Shown: positions 26,356 through 34,472 of the stretch, one piece after another
How positions within the stretch are numbered: the first letter of the stretch is position 1
How the letters are laid out: each line of letters opens with the position of its first letter
Origin: Thermoanaerobaculia bacterium
GTDB taxonomy: Bacteria; Acidobacteriota; Thermoanaerobaculia; Multivoradales; Multivoraceae
Direction: 5' to 3'
DNA: 64,000 bases
Assembly: GCA_963666565.1 (NCBI GenBank)
Contig: OY762911.1
Coordinates: 1,056,001-1,120,000, forward strand
Notes under the pieces: model-generated
Databases searched by the model: none
Told to the model about the DNA's origin: nothing
The model's input: the letters and a program-made list of their open reading frames with translations, nothing else
Position numbers and translations under genes: made by a program

Positions 26356-26991
26356 ATGACATCTGGCGATCCCACCGCGTGGTTGGGAAGATTCAGGTCG
26401 TTGGACAGTCTCTTCCTGGCGCGCGTCGTCGCGTTGTGGCCAACGTGTCTCGAGCGCCTCCCTCCTGACGCCGATGAAGATACAATTACGATGACTTTGG
26501 TGAGTCTTCTTTGGCGTGATGCTGGTGCCCGACGTTGGTTCAACCAGGTCGAATTCCACTTCGAGCCGTTCGGATACACGCCGGACGGAACGATGTACAG
26601 CTTGGGAGAGATCGATATGGCCGTGATCCTCGGTCAGGATCGCGACGTGTATCTTGCGTACGAGTGCAAGCGCTTGAACGTCCTTCGTCGCGACGGTAGA
26701 AGGTCTCTCGCGACGGAGTACGTAAGGCAGGGGCTGGCTCGCTTCGTTCGAAGCCAGTACTCGGAGAACTTGCCGGTAGGGTGCATGCTCGGCTATGTCG
26801 GTGACGGCGATGTTGAGCACGCGGCCGGAAAGGTCCGAGAGAGAATCGTGGCGCTTCGCGGTGAGATCGCGCTCACTGAGGGGCCGGAATCGGATGTGGC
26901 GATCGGGCTAGCGACCCGGTTCTACAGCCGACACCACCGCGGATCGGATGGCAGCGAGATAGAGATCCGGCACGCGCTGTTGCCGATGTGA
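26356..26991 (+). CDS. Putative stand-alone PD-(D/E)XK nuclease
   Basis: EDTIT...GEIDM...LAYECKRL...YVRQGLARFVRSQY...GCMLGYV. Starts 10 nt after the MTase stop. Confidence 0.7.
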   Translation: MTSGDPTAWLGRFRSLDSLFLARVVALWPTCLERLPPDADEDTITMTLVSLLWRDAGARRWFNQVEFHFEPFGYTPDGTMYSLGEIDMAVILGQDRDVYLAYECKRLNVLRRDGRRSLATEYVRQGLARFVRSQYSENLPVGCMLGYVGDGDVEHAAGKVRERIVALRGEIALTEGPESDVAIGLATRFYSRHHRGSDGSEIEIRHALLPM

Positions 26992-27034
26992 CGTTAGGAC
27001 TGTGCTTGTTGGAGCCGGTTCCCGTGGGGGATGG

Positions 27035-29149
27035 TCAAGTGCCCATCTCCCCCAACATCTCCACGATCTCCCTCTCCACCCGCCGGATGTCCGCCTCGAT
27101 CTCCTCCAACGGACGCGGCGGCCGGTACTCGTAGAAGTACCGGTTGAAGTTGATCTCGTAGCCCACCAGCCCGACTTCGCCGTCCTGCGGGTCCCGGCGG
27201 TTCTCGTCGATCCAGGCGTCGGGGACGTGCGGCGTCACTTCGCGCTGGAAGAAAACGTCGACGCTCTCGGCGAGCGGCACGTTCTCCGTGTCGCGGAGTT
27301 GCGGGTCGGGTTCGGGGCGGCCCTTCCGGTCCCGGCAGGGCTCGGCCTCGGCGTTGCGCTCCGACAGGCCGGTGAGCACGGACTTCCGGAGCGGCGCGGG
27401 CAGCTTGACCTCAGCCCGCCGCAGCGCGCCGTCGAGTTCGGCCTCGAACTTCGCCCGGTCGAGGAAGAGGCGGTCGGGCAGGCCCCGCAGCGCGCCGCGG
27501 ATCGCCTCCTGCCGCTCACGGCCCGCCGCCTCGTCCTTCGCCCTGGCCGCGCTGTCCCGCTTGCGGGACCTGGCGAGGTTGGCGAAGGCGCGCACCTCGT
27601 CGAGGCGGGCGATGCGCTCGGGGCTGGCCTGGAAGTCGAGCCGCAGCGGCCGTTCGACGGTGATCTTGCGGAAGCCGAACTGCGTCGTCGGGTAGACGCG
27701 GCTGACGACGGCTTCGCGCTCCTCGCCGTCCTCGACGACGGTGCGGGTCGCGCCGTCCTCGTACTCCCGGAGCAGCCGCAGGATGTCTTCCTTCCGCTCG
27801 AACGGGATCTCCCGGCGCTTGGCGCCCAGGCTCTTGCGGAGCAGAACCCAGAACGACGTGGCGTCGATGAGCTGGACCTTGCCGCGGCGCTCGGGCCGCT
27901 TCCGGTTCGTGAGCACCCAGACGTAGGTGGCGATGCCGGTGTTGTAGAAGAGCTGCTCCGGCAGGGCGATGAGCGCCTCGAGCAGGTCGTTCTCCAGGAT
28001 GAAGCGGCGGATCTCGCTTTCGCCGCTGCCGGCGTCGCCGGTGAAGAGGGGCGAGCCGTTCATGATGATCGCGATGCGCGATCCGCCCTGCGCCGGCGCC
28101 TTGGCGTGCGCCAGCATGTGGAGCAGGAACAGGAGCTGGCCGTCGCTGATCCGCGGCAGGCCCGGCGCGAAGCGGCCGGCCGCGCCCCGGTCGTGCTCGG
28201 CCTGCACCGAGCTCCGGTCGCGCTTCCAGTCCTTGCCGTAGGGCGGATTGGCGATCATGTAGTCGAATCCGGCGCCCGCGTGCCGGTCTTTAGACAGGGT
28301 GCTCCCGTAGCCGATCTTCTCCGCGTCGAGCCCGTCCGCCGACTTCATGAACAGGTCGGACTTGCAGATGGCATAGGTCTCCGGGTTCACTTCCTGACCG
28401 AAGAGGTGGACGTCGGCGTTGGGGTTCACGGCCTCGCCCCGGCTCTCGCCCTCGCGCGTCTCGCCGAGGACGACGTGCTCCTTGGCGATGGTCAGCATGC
28501 CGCCGGAGCCGCAGCACGGGTCGTACACGCTGAGCACCAGGCCCTTCGTGCGCAGCCGCTCCTCGTCTCCGGCGAGCAGCAGGTCCACCATGAGATGCAC
28601 CACGTCGCGGGGCGTGAAGTGCTCGCCGGGGTTCTCGTTGAGCGCCTCGTTGAACTTGCGGATGAGCTCCTCGAAGATCGTGCCCATCGTGAAGTTGTCG
28701 ACCGCGTCGGGATGCAGGTTCACCCTTGGGTCGCCGAACCGCTGCATGACCTGGAACAGCAACCCCGACTCGTCGAGCTTGGAGATCGTGTTGTCGAAGT
28801 CGAACATGTCCAGCACTTCGCGCATGTTGGGGCTGAACCCGGCGATGTAGTTGCGGAGGTTCTGGGCGAGGTGCGGCGCGTCGGCCAGCAGCTTCTCGAA
28901 GTCGTAGCGCGACGTGTTGTAGAAGGCGTAGCCGGAGGCGCCCCGCAGCAGCCGATCGGGATTGGCGAGCTTGTCCCGATACTGCGCCTGGACCTCCAGC
29001 ACCTTATCCTTGGTGGGGGCCAGCACGCAGTCGAGCCGGCGCAGCACGGTGAGCGGCAGGATCACGTCCTGGTACTTCCCGCGCTTGAAGGTGTCGCGGA
29101 TCAGGTCGGCGACGCTCCAGAGGAAGCTGACGATCTGGCTGTGGTTCAT
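27035..29149 (-). CDS. hsdM: Type I R-M methyltransferase subunit M
   Basis: FLWSVADLIRD...VILPLTVLRRLDC, GEHFTPRDVV, YDPCCGSGGML, IANPPYG, LFYNTGIATY, GYEINFNRYFY. Confidence 0.96.
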   Translation of the reverse strand: MNHSQIVSFLWSVADLIRDTFKRGKYQDVILPLTVLRRLDCVLAPTKDKVLEVQAQYRDKLANPDRLLRGASGYAFYNTSRYDFEKLLADAPHLAQNLRNYIAGFSPNMREVLDMFDFDNTISKLDESGLLFQVMQRFGDPRVNLHPDAVDNFTMGTIFEELIRKFNEALNENPGEHFTPRDVVHLMVDLLLAGDEERLRTKGLVLSVYDPCCGSGGMLTIAKEHVVLGETREGESRGEAVNPNADVHLFGQEVNPETYAICKSDLFMKSADGLDAEKIGYGSTLSKDRHAGAGFDYMIANPPYGKDWKRDRSSVQAEHDRGAAGRFAPGLPRISDGQLLFLLHMLAHAKAPAQGGSRIAIIMNGSPLFTGDAGSGESEIRRFILENDLLEALIALPEQLFYNTGIATYVWVLTNRKRPERRGKVQLIDATSFWVLLRKSLGAKRREIPFERKEDILRLLREYEDGATRTVVEDGEEREAVVSRVYPTTQFGFRKITVERPLRLDFQASPERIARLDEVRAFANLARSRKRDSAARAKDEAAGRERQEAIRGALRGLPDRLFLDRAKFEAELDGALRRAEVKLPAPLRKSVLTGLSERNAEAEPCRDRKGRPEPDPQLRDTENVPLAESVDVFFQREVTPHVPDAWIDENRRDPQDGEVGLVGYEINFNRYFYEYRPPRPLEEIEADIRRVEREIVEMLGEMGT

Positions 29150-29350
29150 GGCCGGCCGGCGTGGTAGCGCCTTCGGAGCCGCGCGAAGACGTCGGCCGCC
29201 GGCTGGGCCTGACCGGCTTCGATCTGGCGGTCACCCAGCTCAAGGAGCTTGAGCAGCGCAAGCGTTTCCGGCCGCTTCTCGGTCCCTTTCGGCTTGTGGG
29301 GTTTCGGCGATGACAAGGTCTCCTCCTCGCTGGGCCTAAGATAGTCCATG
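29146..29350 (-). pseudogene. Phd/YefM antitoxin C-terminal remnant coupled to the hsdM start
   Basis: ETLALLKLLELGDRQIEAGQAQPAADVFARLR is the typical Phd C-terminal half. The N-terminal DNA-binding part is absent. ATGA overlap with hsdM. Confidence 0.6.
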
Positions 29351-29384
29351 CCGGGCTCGTACTGCCGGTGAACGAGCCACGAAG

Positions 29385-29594
29385 ATGAAGAGGAAGCCGA
29401 TGGCCAAGGTGGACGGCGAGGCATCGCTCAGAGAGGTGCCGGTGGAGAGCGATCCATCGTTCGCGTCCCGGTGGAGAGGCGGGTTCCGGGACTCACGACG
29501 AGACGATGCCCGGTACAAGGCGCTCGCCTGCAAGTACCTCGACGGTGGCGAGCCACTTGAGCCTCCTCCGGCTGCGAGCGACCCACGACTCTGA
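29385..29594 (+). pseudogene. Internally deleted RHH antitoxin (DUF6364-like)
   Basis: MKRKPMAKVDGE|ASLREV...PSFASRWRGGFR...DDARYKALACKYL retains the start and tail of the family but lacks the central helices. Confidence 0.5.
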
Positions 29595-29611
29595 TTCAGG
29601 CGGTCGGCTGG

Positions 29612-30022
29612 TCAGCGGGGTTCCAGGAGGGCCAGGTCGATCTCCCGGAAGTCTCGAGTGTTCAGCGTCGCCAGGGAGAAACCGCGACTCTTGGCCGTGC
29701 CTGCGATCTGCGAGTCCGCCAGGCTCATGGGCGCTCCCTTCAGCCGTCGCAGGGCGCGGAGCCTGGCGCTCTCGTGGGCGGCGTCCAGGTCGAATGGGAC
29801 GATGCGGTCCGAGAAGGCATCTACGATCCGGGCAAAGACGTGCGTCAGACGCAGCCGCTTTCGCCCGCGTGGCAGCAGTTCTATGCCGAAACTGATCTCG
29901 TCCACGGTGACGGCGGAGACGTACAGGCTCGAAGGGGCATGGCTGTCCAGCCAACTCATCACTCGCTTGTCCGGTTCGACACGCATGGCCTCTGAGAGGA
30001 CATTGGTGTCCAGGAGGATCAC
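29612..30022 (-). CDS. vapC: Type II TA toxin VapC (PIN domain)
   Basis: MILLDTNVLSEAMR...SAVTVDEI...ADSQIAGTA...LATLNTRDF. Confidence 0.95.
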   Translation of the reverse strand: MILLDTNVLSEAMRVEPDKRVMSWLDSHAPSSLYVSAVTVDEISFGIELLPRGRKRLRLTHVFARIVDAFSDRIVPFDLDAAHESARLRALRRLKGAPMSLADSQIAGTAKSRGFSLATLNTRDFREIDLALLEPR

Positions 30023-30276
30023 GTCGAATCGTCCTCGCCGTAGTCGGGCGATGTGAAGTCGATCGGGTCGTCCACTTCGCGTGCCGGCAGGTCGAGATCG
30101 AAGCCATCGCCGCCGACGATCCGGCGGATCATTGCCCCGACCGGCTCCTCGTCCACAACCGCGCCTCGGAGGATGCGCCGAACGGTCTCCTCCAAGGACA
30201 GCGACTCCCGTTCCGCGCGAATCTTCAGGCGATGGACGATCTCACTGTCCAGGCGACGTACACTCAGGTTTGCCAT
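30019..30276 (-). CDS. FitA-like ribbon-helix-helix antitoxin
   Basis: MANLSVRRLDSEIVHRLKIRAERESLSLEETVRRIL. GTGA overlap with vapC. Confidence 0.9.
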   Translation of the reverse strand: MANLSVRRLDSEIVHRLKIRAERESLSLEETVRRILRGAVVDEEPVGAMIRRIVGGDGFDLDLPAREVDDPIDFTSPDYGEDDST

Positions 30277-30307
30277 TGGTCCTACTCCGTCGGTTTCGCG
30301 GTCGCGA

Positions 30308-30336
30308 TGCTAGCACGAGTGGCCGAAGTGCTGGCA
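30308..30336. promoter_or_regulatory. Probable FitA/VapB operator
   Basis: Palindromic half-sites TGCTAGCA (30308) and TGCTGGCA (30329), 13 nt apart, resembling the FitAB TGCTATCA-type operator. Confidence 0.6.
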
Positions 30337-30352
30337 CTCACCTGACCACCCC

Positions 30353-31543
30353 ATGAACGACATCGCACCCGCCGCCGTCGGCTACATGACGCCGGAGCGC
30401 GAGATGCTCCGCCGGATCGCGCGCGAGTTCACGGACAAGGAGGTCCTCCCGGTCGCCAACGAGCTCGATCCGAAGAAGGAGACGATCCCGCAGTCGCTGA
30501 TCGACCGGATGGGCGAACTGGGTTTCTTCGGCATCGTGATCCCGGAGGAGTACGGCGGCGCCGGGCTGGGCGCGTTCGAGTACTGCCTGGTCGCCGAGGA
30601 GCTGGCGCGGGGCTGGATGAGCGTGGCGAGCATCATCGCCCGCGGCAACGGCTTCTACCGGTCGATCCCGTTCGAGGGCGAGGAGCGCCTGAAGCGCATC
30701 AGGCTGATGGCCGAGGGCAAGTACCTCGGCGCGCTGGCCATGTCGGAGCCGGAGGTGGGGTCGGACATCTCGTCGATCACCTGCCGGGCGCGGGTCGAGG
30801 ACGACCACTGGGTGATCACCGGCAACAAGTACTGGTGCACGTTCGCCGACGGCGCGAACTTCATCCAGGTCATCGCGCGGACGGAGGGCGACCCGGCGAA
30901 GCGCCACGCCGCCCTGACCGGGATCGGGATCGAGAAACCGCCCGGCGAGCTGCCGGAGGGCGTCACCGGCTCGCCAATCCCGAAGATCGGCTACCACGGC
31001 TGGAAGACCTGGGAACTCCACTTCGAGAACGTCCGCGTGCCGATCACGAAGCGCCAGCGCGAGTCGAAGGGCCAGGCGTTCTACGGCATGACGCGCGGTC
31101 TGCAGACGGCGCGGGCCCACACCGCGGCGCGCTCGATCGGCCTCGCCCAGGGCGCGCTGGAGCAGGCGATCGCGTACTCGAAGGAACGCATCCAGTTCCG
31201 GCGGCCGATCGCCGACTTCCAGGCGATCCGCTTCAAGATCGCGAACATGGCCGCCGAGGTCGAGGCGGCGCGCCAGTTGAACTACTCGGTCTGCGCCAAG
31301 ATCGATACCGGCGTGTCCTGCGCCAAGGAGGCGGCGATGGTCAAGTACTACGCCGCCGAGATGTCGGAGCGGGTGTGCTCCGACGCGTTGCAGGTGCTGG
31401 CCGGCGCCGGCTACACGACGGACTACCCGGTCGAGCGTTACTGGCGCGATGCGCGGCTGACCAAGATTTTCGAGGGGACGTCGGAGATCATGCTGAAGAT
31501 CGTGTCGGACGAACTGCTTGGGAAGCCGTCGAGGAGGGGCTGA
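30353..31543 (+). CDS. Acyl-CoA dehydrogenase
   Basis: IPEEYGGAG, LAMSEPEVGSD, ITGNKYW, ERIQFRRPIADFQAIRFKIA, VERYWRDARLTKIFEGTSEI. Confidence 0.96.
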   Translation: MNDIAPAAVGYMTPEREMLRRIAREFTDKEVLPVANELDPKKETIPQSLIDRMGELGFFGIVIPEEYGGAGLGAFEYCLVAEELARGWMSVASIIARGNGFYRSIPFEGEERLKRIRLMAEGKYLGALAMSEPEVGSDISSITCRARVEDDHWVITGNKYWCTFADGANFIQVIARTEGDPAKRHAALTGIGIEKPPGELPEGVTGSPIPKIGYHGWKTWELHFENVRVPITKRQRESKGQAFYGMTRGLQTARAHTAARSIGLAQGALEQAIAYSKERIQFRRPIADFQAIRFKIANMAAEVEAARQLNYSVCAKIDTGVSCAKEAAMVKYYAAEMSERVCSDALQVLAGAGYTTDYPVERYWRDARLTKIFEGTSEIMLKIVSDELLGKPSRRG

Positions 31544-31545
31544 CG

Positions 31546-32904
31546 ATGAGACTCGCCAACCATCTTTGGGACCGCTTCGGCCGCCTGGGTTTGGACGACA
31601 TTCCCGAGTCGGCCCGCACCGTGGCCGGCCAGTGCGTGCTCGACTGGTTCGGCTGCGCGCTGGCCGGCAGCCGCGAGCCGCTGTCCGCGATCCTGCGCGA
31701 CGAGCTGGGCGGCCAGGCCGGGCCGTGCTCCATCGTGGGTACGGATCTGCACTGCGCGCCGGGCGTCGCCGCGCTGGTCAACGGCGCCGCCGGGCATGCG
31801 CTGGACTTCGACGACACTCACACGCTGATGGGCGGACATCCCACGGTGCCGGTGTTTCCGGCCGCGTTGGCGCAGGCCCAGGAGATGGGCGCGAGCGGCG
31901 AGCGGTTGCTGGTCGCGTTCGTTGTCGGCATCGAGGTCGAGTCGCGCGTCGGCGCGCTCATCGGAGGTGCGCCGTACGTCAAGGGCTGGCACTCGACCTC
32001 GACGATCGGCGTCCACGGCGCGGCGGCCGCGGCCTGCCGCCTGCTCGGCGCGAGCAACGAGCAGTTCGCGCACGCGCTCGGCCTCGCGGCGTCGCAGGCC
32101 AGCGGTCTCAAGGCGAACTTCGGCACGATGACCAAGCCGTTCCACGCCGGTCACGCCGCCGAGCGCGGCCTGCTCTCGGCGCGGCTGGCGATGCGCGGCT
32201 TCACGTCGAACCCGGAGGCCGTCGACGGCCGGCAGGGCTACGCCGATGCCGCGGCCGCCGGCCACGAAGCGGTCGACTGGCGGCGGCTCGAAGAGCAGGA
32301 CGGCCGCTTCCTGATCGAGGACACGCTGTTCAAGTACCACGCCGCCTGCTACCTGACCCACGCGGCCATCGAGTCCGTTGGGCGGCTGCGGCCGCAGTTG
32401 GCGGCTGCCGGGATCACGGCCGGCGATGTCGAGAAGGCCGTCGTCACGGTGCATCCGGGGTTGCTCGATATCTGCGGCATCCCCGAACCGAAGACGGGCC
32501 TGGAGGCGAAGTTCAGCCTGGTCGCCACGACGTCCCTGGCGATGCTGGGGATCGACACGACCGACACCGGGACCTTCGTCGACGAGACGCTCGACAACCC
32601 GGAAGTTGCGCGGATGATCGACAGGGTCGAAGTGCGGACCGACCGGGGGTTGGGCCACACCCAGGCCCGCGTCGAATTGCGGGCGAACGGCCACAGCCTC
32701 AAGGAGTTCCACGACACGGGCATTCCGGCCACCGACCTGGAGGCGCAGGGCGCGAAGCTGGCCGCAAAGATGACCGGCCTGACGGCCCCGCTGCTGGGTA
32801 CCGAAGCCAGCGACCGGCTGCGGGATCTGTCGCTGCGGTTGGAGGCGGTGACGGACGTCCGCGCCCTCACCGGCCTCGCCGCCGGTTCGCGCGAAGCCGC
32901 TTGA
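31546..32904 (+). CDS. MmgE/PrpD family protein
   Basis: AALVNGAAGHALDFDDTH...GHP...KGWHSTST...FGTMTKPFHAG...KYHAACYLTH...EAKFSL. Confidence 0.94.
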   Translation: MRLANHLWDRFGRLGLDDIPESARTVAGQCVLDWFGCALAGSREPLSAILRDELGGQAGPCSIVGTDLHCAPGVAALVNGAAGHALDFDDTHTLMGGHPTVPVFPAALAQAQEMGASGERLLVAFVVGIEVESRVGALIGGAPYVKGWHSTSTIGVHGAAAAACRLLGASNEQFAHALGLAASQASGLKANFGTMTKPFHAGHAAERGLLSARLAMRGFTSNPEAVDGRQGYADAAAAGHEAVDWRRLEEQDGRFLIEDTLFKYHAACYLTHAAIESVGRLRPQLAAAGITAGDVEKAVVTVHPGLLDICGIPEPKTGLEAKFSLVATTSLAMLGIDTTDTGTFVDETLDNPEVARMIDRVEVRTDRGLGHTQARVELRANGHSLKEFHDTGIPATDLEAQGAKLAAKMTGLTAPLLGTEASDRLRDLSLRLEAVTDVRALTGLAAGSREAA

Positions 32905-32925
32905 AATCGGCGGCTGGACGGAGCG

Positions 32926-33067
32926 CTGGGTGCGCGGGTCTTCTGACCCGCTGCCGCCGCAGGCGGCGTCCAGTATCGTCGCCGGCCTCGGGCCGGCGGC
33001 CTCCTTTCTCGGGCTGCGCCGCTCCGCGGCGCCGCCCGTGAGCGGGTCAGAGGACCCGCGCACCCAG
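32926..33067. repeat. 142-bp REP doublet (REPIN/MITE-like) with inverted ends
   Basis: CTGGGTGCGCGGGTCTTCTGACCCGCT ... AGCGGGTCAGAGGACCCGCGCACCCAG. A second copy of the same length lies at 41795-41936. Confidence 0.88.
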
Positions 33068-33198
33068 TGGTCGCTACTCGTCGCCCCCCCGATGTCCGAC
33101 ATGCCCGAGGTCGAAGCTGCTCACCTGGTGGCGAATGACTGCGTGCCGTTCGCCACGCGGCCCTGGGTCGAGGGCCCGACGCCGCTCAGCCTCGGCCA

Positions 33199-33357
33199 GG
33201 ACCGAAGGGAAGGGGGACCAGCGGGCTGGAGGCAAGTGACTCCCCGCGGCCTCACCCGAACCTCCGCCGTGGCGGAACGCAGCCGACCGAAGCGAGCGCG
33301 GACTGCCCATCCACCAGGAGAGCGCGAGCGGCCGCTGGTCCCCCTTCCCTTCGGTCC
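33199..33357. repeat. 159-bp element bounded by a perfect 26-bp inverted repeat
   Basis: GGACCGAAGGGAAGGGGGACCAGCGG (33199-33224) is the exact reverse complement of 33332-33357. Confidence 0.85.
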
Positions 33358-33433
33358 GTCAAGCCGAGGCGGCAGCAACCGCCGCCACCCCGCCGCGAAG
33401 CGGCGATCGTCCTGCGGCGTTAGCATCGGCGGC

Positions 33434-33586
33434 ATGAACGTCACGCCGCTCTCCGCCGTCCTCGGCGGCAGCATCGACGACGTCGATCTGGCCACGCTCG
33501 CCGACGACGAGTTCGAGACGGTCTACCGGGTCCGGCTCGACCGCGGCGTCCTGCCGGCCGCGGGCGCGCAAGGGGAGTCGCCCTGA
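33434..33586 (+). pseudogene. TauD/TfdA dioxygenase N-terminal remnant
   Basis: MNVTPLSAVLGGSIDDVDLATLADDEFETVYRVRLDRGVL, then it stops. Confidence 0.65.
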
Positions 33587-34455
33587 GTCAGCTTCTGCAG
33601 GTTCTCGTCAACGGTCTGGCCGTCGGGTGCATCTACGGCCTGATCGCTCTCGGCTTCGTCCTCGTCTACAAGGCGACCGAGATGGTGAACTTCGCCCAGG
33701 GCGATCTGATGATGCTGGGCGCTTTCGTGGCGGTGACCCTGATCGGCGACTTCGGTCTGCCCTGGGTGCTGGGGCTGTTGCTGTCGGTGCTGGCGCTGGC
33801 GGTCTTCGGCTATCTGCTCGACGCCTTCGTGCTGCGCCGCGTCCTGGGCGAACCGCAGTTCGCCATCGTGATGCTGACGATCGGGCTGGGCTTCATCTTC
33901 CGCGCCGTGGCGGGACTGGTGTGGGGCTACGACCCGCAGAGCTTCCCCACTCCGTACACGGGCAAGTCGCTGCGCGTCGGCGAAGTCGTCGTGAGCTACG
34001 AGAACCTCGCGATCCTGCTGGGCACGCTCGTCCTCTGCGTCGTGCTCTTCCTGTTCTTCCGCCACACGCGGCTCGGCATCGGCATGCAGGCCACGTCGCA
34101 GAACCAGCTCGCGGCCTACTACGTCGGCATCCCGGTCAAGCGCGTCTTCTCCCTGGTGTGGGCGATCTCAGCCGGAGTCGCCGCCGTGGCCGGGATCCTC
34201 CTGGCGCCCGTCTCGCTCGTCCAGCCCGGGATGGGATTCATCGGGATCAAGGCCTTCGCGGCCGCGGTGATCGGCGGCTTCGGCTCGATCCCCGGCGCGC
34301 TGCTCGGCGGCTGGATCATCGGCATCGCCGAGCAGTTCGCGGGGGTCTACCTGCCCGCCGGCTTCCAGGAGATGGCCGCCTACGGCATTCTCATCGTGGC
34401 CCTGATCCTGCGGCCCCAGGGCCTGTTCGCGCAGATTCAGCGAAAGAAGGTCTGA
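33583..34455 (+). CDS. Branched-chain amino acid-type ABC permease (LivH-like), probable CTG start
   Basis: QLLQVLVNGLAVGCIYGLIALGFVLVYKATEMVNFAQG is in frame upstream of the track start. Also KAFAAAVIGGFGSIPG and ILRPQGLF. Confidence 0.9.
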   Translation: MSQLLQVLVNGLAVGCIYGLIALGFVLVYKATEMVNFAQGDLMMLGAFVAVTLIGDFGLPWVLGLLLSVLALAVFGYLLDAFVLRRVLGEPQFAIVMLTIGLGFIFRAVAGLVWGYDPQSFPTPYTGKSLRVGEVVVSYENLAILLGTLVLCVVLFLFFRHTRLGIGMQATSQNQLAAYYVGIPVKRVFSLVWAISAGVAAVAGILLAPVSLVQPGMGFIGIKAFAAAVIGGFGSIPGALLGGWIIGIAEQFAGVYLPAGFQEMAAYGILIVALILRPQGLFAQIQRKKV

Positions 34456-34472
34456 CGGCCGGCGAGCATCGC

